This document shows positions 25,243-27,303 of a stretch of DNA of 27,303 bases, in pieces. Both the position numbers and the translations under genes were made by a program. Within the stretch, counting starts at the first letter, position 1; each line of letters opens with the position of its first letter. The stretch comes from Archangium sp. Lineage in GTDB: Bacteria > Myxococcota > Myxococcia > Myxococcales > Myxococcaceae. The stretch is taken from the NCBI GenBank assembly GCA_031367385.1, contig JANLPS010000255.1, positions 1-27,303 of the forward strand, in the 5' to 3' direction. The notes beneath the pieces were generated by a model, which searched no databases, was not told where the DNA came from, and was given only the letters and a program-made list of their open reading frames with translations.

Positions 25243-26898
25243 TCAGCGGGTCAGTTCATCGGCGACCCGAAGGGCGTTGGCGGCGATGGTCAGGCTGGGG
25301 TTTGTGCCCCCGCTGGAGGGAAAGAACGAGCTGTCGACCACGAAGAGGTTCTCGAGCTCGTGGCAGCGGTTGTGCTTGTCGAGCACGCTGGTCTGGGGGT
25401 CGTCGCCGAAGCGACAGGTGCCGCAGACGTGGGCCAGCCGTTCGTTGTTTTCAGCCTGTTTGACCACTCGAAAGGCCCGCCCCTTCAAGGTGCTGCGCAT
25501 CACGCTGCGAAACTTGGCGATTCGCGCTCGATCTGGCTCGCGCAGTCGGTACGAGAGGCGCACCGAACCGACCGGGCCTTCGAGGTCGGGGGTGATCTGG
25601 TTCTCGAGGTAGGGCAGATCTTCGATGATCGTGGCCAGGGTGATCGACCGGTCGACCATTTTCTTGAGAAACGAGACCATGACCGGCCTGGCCAGCGACA
25701 TGGCGCCGGCCAGCCACGGGAGCGCCCCGGCCTTGAGCTCGCTCTTCAGGGTGCCGAAGATCATCTCTGGGGGAGGCAGTCGCCCGAACGATTGAACCGA
25801 CCCGAGCCGAACCCCATCGACGCGGTAGAAATCGTTGAAAGCGAACTCTTTGAACCGGTTGTCGAAGCCCGCCGTGAGCGAGGCGCGATCGGCTTCGACC
25901 AGATAGAGATCGATGAAGTGCCGCATCAGGTTGCGCCCGACCAACCCCGAGCCATTGGCCAGCCCCTGCGGCCAATCGGCGCTGGCCGAGCGCAGCAGCA
26001 GATTGGGGGTCTGCAGCGCGCCCGCCGCCAAGAAGACCTGGGTGCCTCGCAGCAGCAGCTCGCGGCCTTGCCAGGTACACGAGACCCCGGTGACGCGCGT
26101 TCGGTCGGCCTCGATGCGGGTGACCTGGCAGTCGGTCAGCAACGTGGCTCCGAAGTCGCGGAGCGCGGGAGTCAGCCCAATTCGGCCGCTGTCATTCTTG
26201 CATTCGAGCGCGCACAGAACGCTCTGGCACGACTGACACTCGGGCAGCGATTCGCAGGCGACCGGCAACGGGTATGGGTGCAGACCAGCCTTGCCGAAGA
26301 ACTCGCACAGCTCGGCCACCGCAGGCGAGAGCGGCCGGGGCGGCGACTGATACCGCGGTGGGTGGTCGAGGTTGAGCGGGTCGCGGGTGCCCCGCACCCG
26401 GTAGAGCGCCTCGGCCTGCGCATAATACGAGCAAAAGGCGTCGTACCGAATCGGCCAAGCGTCTGGGAGCGACGACTGGGTCTCGTCGGCGTGGTTCGAC
26501 CGAGGCGAGAAGTCTGCCGCAGCGAAGCGCTCGAGCGACATGCCGTACAGCCCGGTCGACCCGCCGGTGCCCGAGCCGATGAAGGGCACGAAGCGATGAG
26601 GCCTGGAGGTTGACACGTCGAACACCTCGTCGACCGAGCGACCGGCGCTGGCTAACAACGCCGCGGCCTCGGCCTCGAGCACGTCGCCTCGCCGCGACCC
26701 TGCTTGCTGCTGCTCGGGGTACTCGCCTTTGAGCCCGTCGCTCGAGAGCAGCGTCATGCGGCCCCGTTCGCAGAAGAGCACCCGCTTGCCGCGCTTGGCC
26801 AGGGCGTAGCCGAGGGTCGCGCCCCCCATGCCGGTGCCGATGACGATTGCGTCCCACACGGTGGAGCTCAGAGCGTCAGCAGAAGGACCGGGGATCAA
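25243..26898 (-). CDS. GMC-family FAD oxidoreductase
   Basis: DAIVIGTGMGG FAD loop, G.GGST, LAAGALQTPNLLLRS, VGRNLMRH, HVCGTCRFG and GTNPSLTIAANALR. Confidence 0.92.
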   Translation of the reverse strand: MIPGPSADALSSTVWDAIVIGTGMGGATLGYALAKRGKRVLFCERGRMTLLSSDGLKGEYPEQQQAGSRRGDVLEAEAAALLASAGRSVDEVFDVSTSRPHRFVPFIGSGTGGSTGLYGMSLERFAAADFSPRSNHADETQSSLPDAWPIRYDAFCSYYAQAEALYRVRGTRDPLNLDHPPRYQSPPRPLSPAVAELCEFFGKAGLHPYPLPVACESLPECQSCQSVLCALECKNDSGRIGLTPALRDFGATLLTDCQVTRIEADRTRVTGVSCTWQGRELLLRGTQVFLAAGALQTPNLLLRSASADWPQGLANGSGLVGRNLMRHFIDLYLVEADRASLTAGFDNRFKEFAFNDFYRVDGVRLGSVQSFGRLPPPEMIFGTLKSELKAGALPWLAGAMSLARPVMVSFLKKMVDRSITLATIIEDLPYLENQITPDLEGPVGSVRLSYRLREPDRARIAKFRSVMRSTLKGRAFRVVKQAENNERLAHVCGTCRFGDDPQTSVLDKHNRCHELENLFVVDSSFFPSSGGTNPSLTIAANALRVADELTR

Positions 26899-26904
26899 GA
26901 GGCC

Positions 26905-27303
26905 TTACCCCTTCGCCGGTTTTCGCAAGACGACTGCCGGCTCGAAGGCCGACGGCATCAGGTAGCCGAAGAAGCCGTAGAACCAGAGGCTGGGGTGGCG
27001 CCCGACGGCGGCGCCGGCGGCGGGCTCGAAGGCACGGTCGAGGTTGTTGCCGAGCACTCCGTTGAGCTCATCGAGAAAGCGGTAATTCGAGAAGGGCAAC
27101 CAGGTGTCCATGTACGAGCGGCGGTAGCTTTTCACGACTTCGAGCCCGGCCTCGCGGGCCAGCTTCTCGAGCGTCTGCTGGGTCATCATCAGGCGGTGAA
27201 AGGGCTGGTGGAGCCGCATGATCTCGGGCTCGAGGTTGCTCATGTCGACCGGGGCCGAGTCTGAGGTGCCGATGTAGAGAAGCCCTCCGGGCCGGCAGAG
27301 GCG
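26905..27303 (-). CDS. Class I SAM-dependent methyltransferase, C-terminal part (runs off the right edge)
   Basis: Frame is open to the window edge: RLCRPGGLLYIGT (motif L.PGG.L.I), followed by HQPFH...TLEKLAREAGLEVV. Confidence 0.75.
   Translation of the reverse strand, partial: RLCRPGGLLYIGTSDSAPVDMSNLEPEIMRLHQPFHRLMMTQQTLEKLAREAGLEVVKSYRRSYMDTWLPFSNYRFLDELNGVLGNNLDRAFEPAAGAAVGRHPSLWFYGFFGYLMPSAFEPAVVLRKPAKG

Noticed and set aside
25360..26613. 417-aa plus-strand ORF opposite the GMC gene
   Set aside because: Antisense shadow with no recognisable motifs.

Overview
High-GC (roughly two-thirds G+C by eye) bacterial window whose gene content points to a myxobacterium (Myxococcota). Left to right: a partial conserved-looking hypothetical running off the left edge, corA (GQN signature), an alpha/beta hydrolase, an orphan SMI1/KNR4-like protein, a Cys-rich lipoprotein, an M19 dipeptidase, a GntP-family permease and a secreted lipoprotein. 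Next is the core block rpsT / (sigma54-driven gene with an internal TAA) / lptE / leuS, in which a 42-bp REP-like tandem repeat supplies the lptE start and signal-peptide n-region. Two tandem DUF333-type lipoproteins and a divergent ECF sigma / ZAS-Ser/Thr kinase-TPR pair follow. The most interesting part is a six-gene minus-strand run: a PGL/pHBAD-type glycosyltransferase and a FeeM-type N-acyl amino acid synthase bracketing an ECF sigma / ZAS-FecR-TPR anti-sigma / CSLREA beta-helix lipoprotein / small outer-membrane barrel cassette that has no TonB-dependent receptor. The window ends with an FHA protein, a GMC oxidoreductase and a partial SAM methyltransferase. No tRNA, rRNA, CRISPR array or transposase was recognised. 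All family calls are from motif recognition by eye, not database searches.
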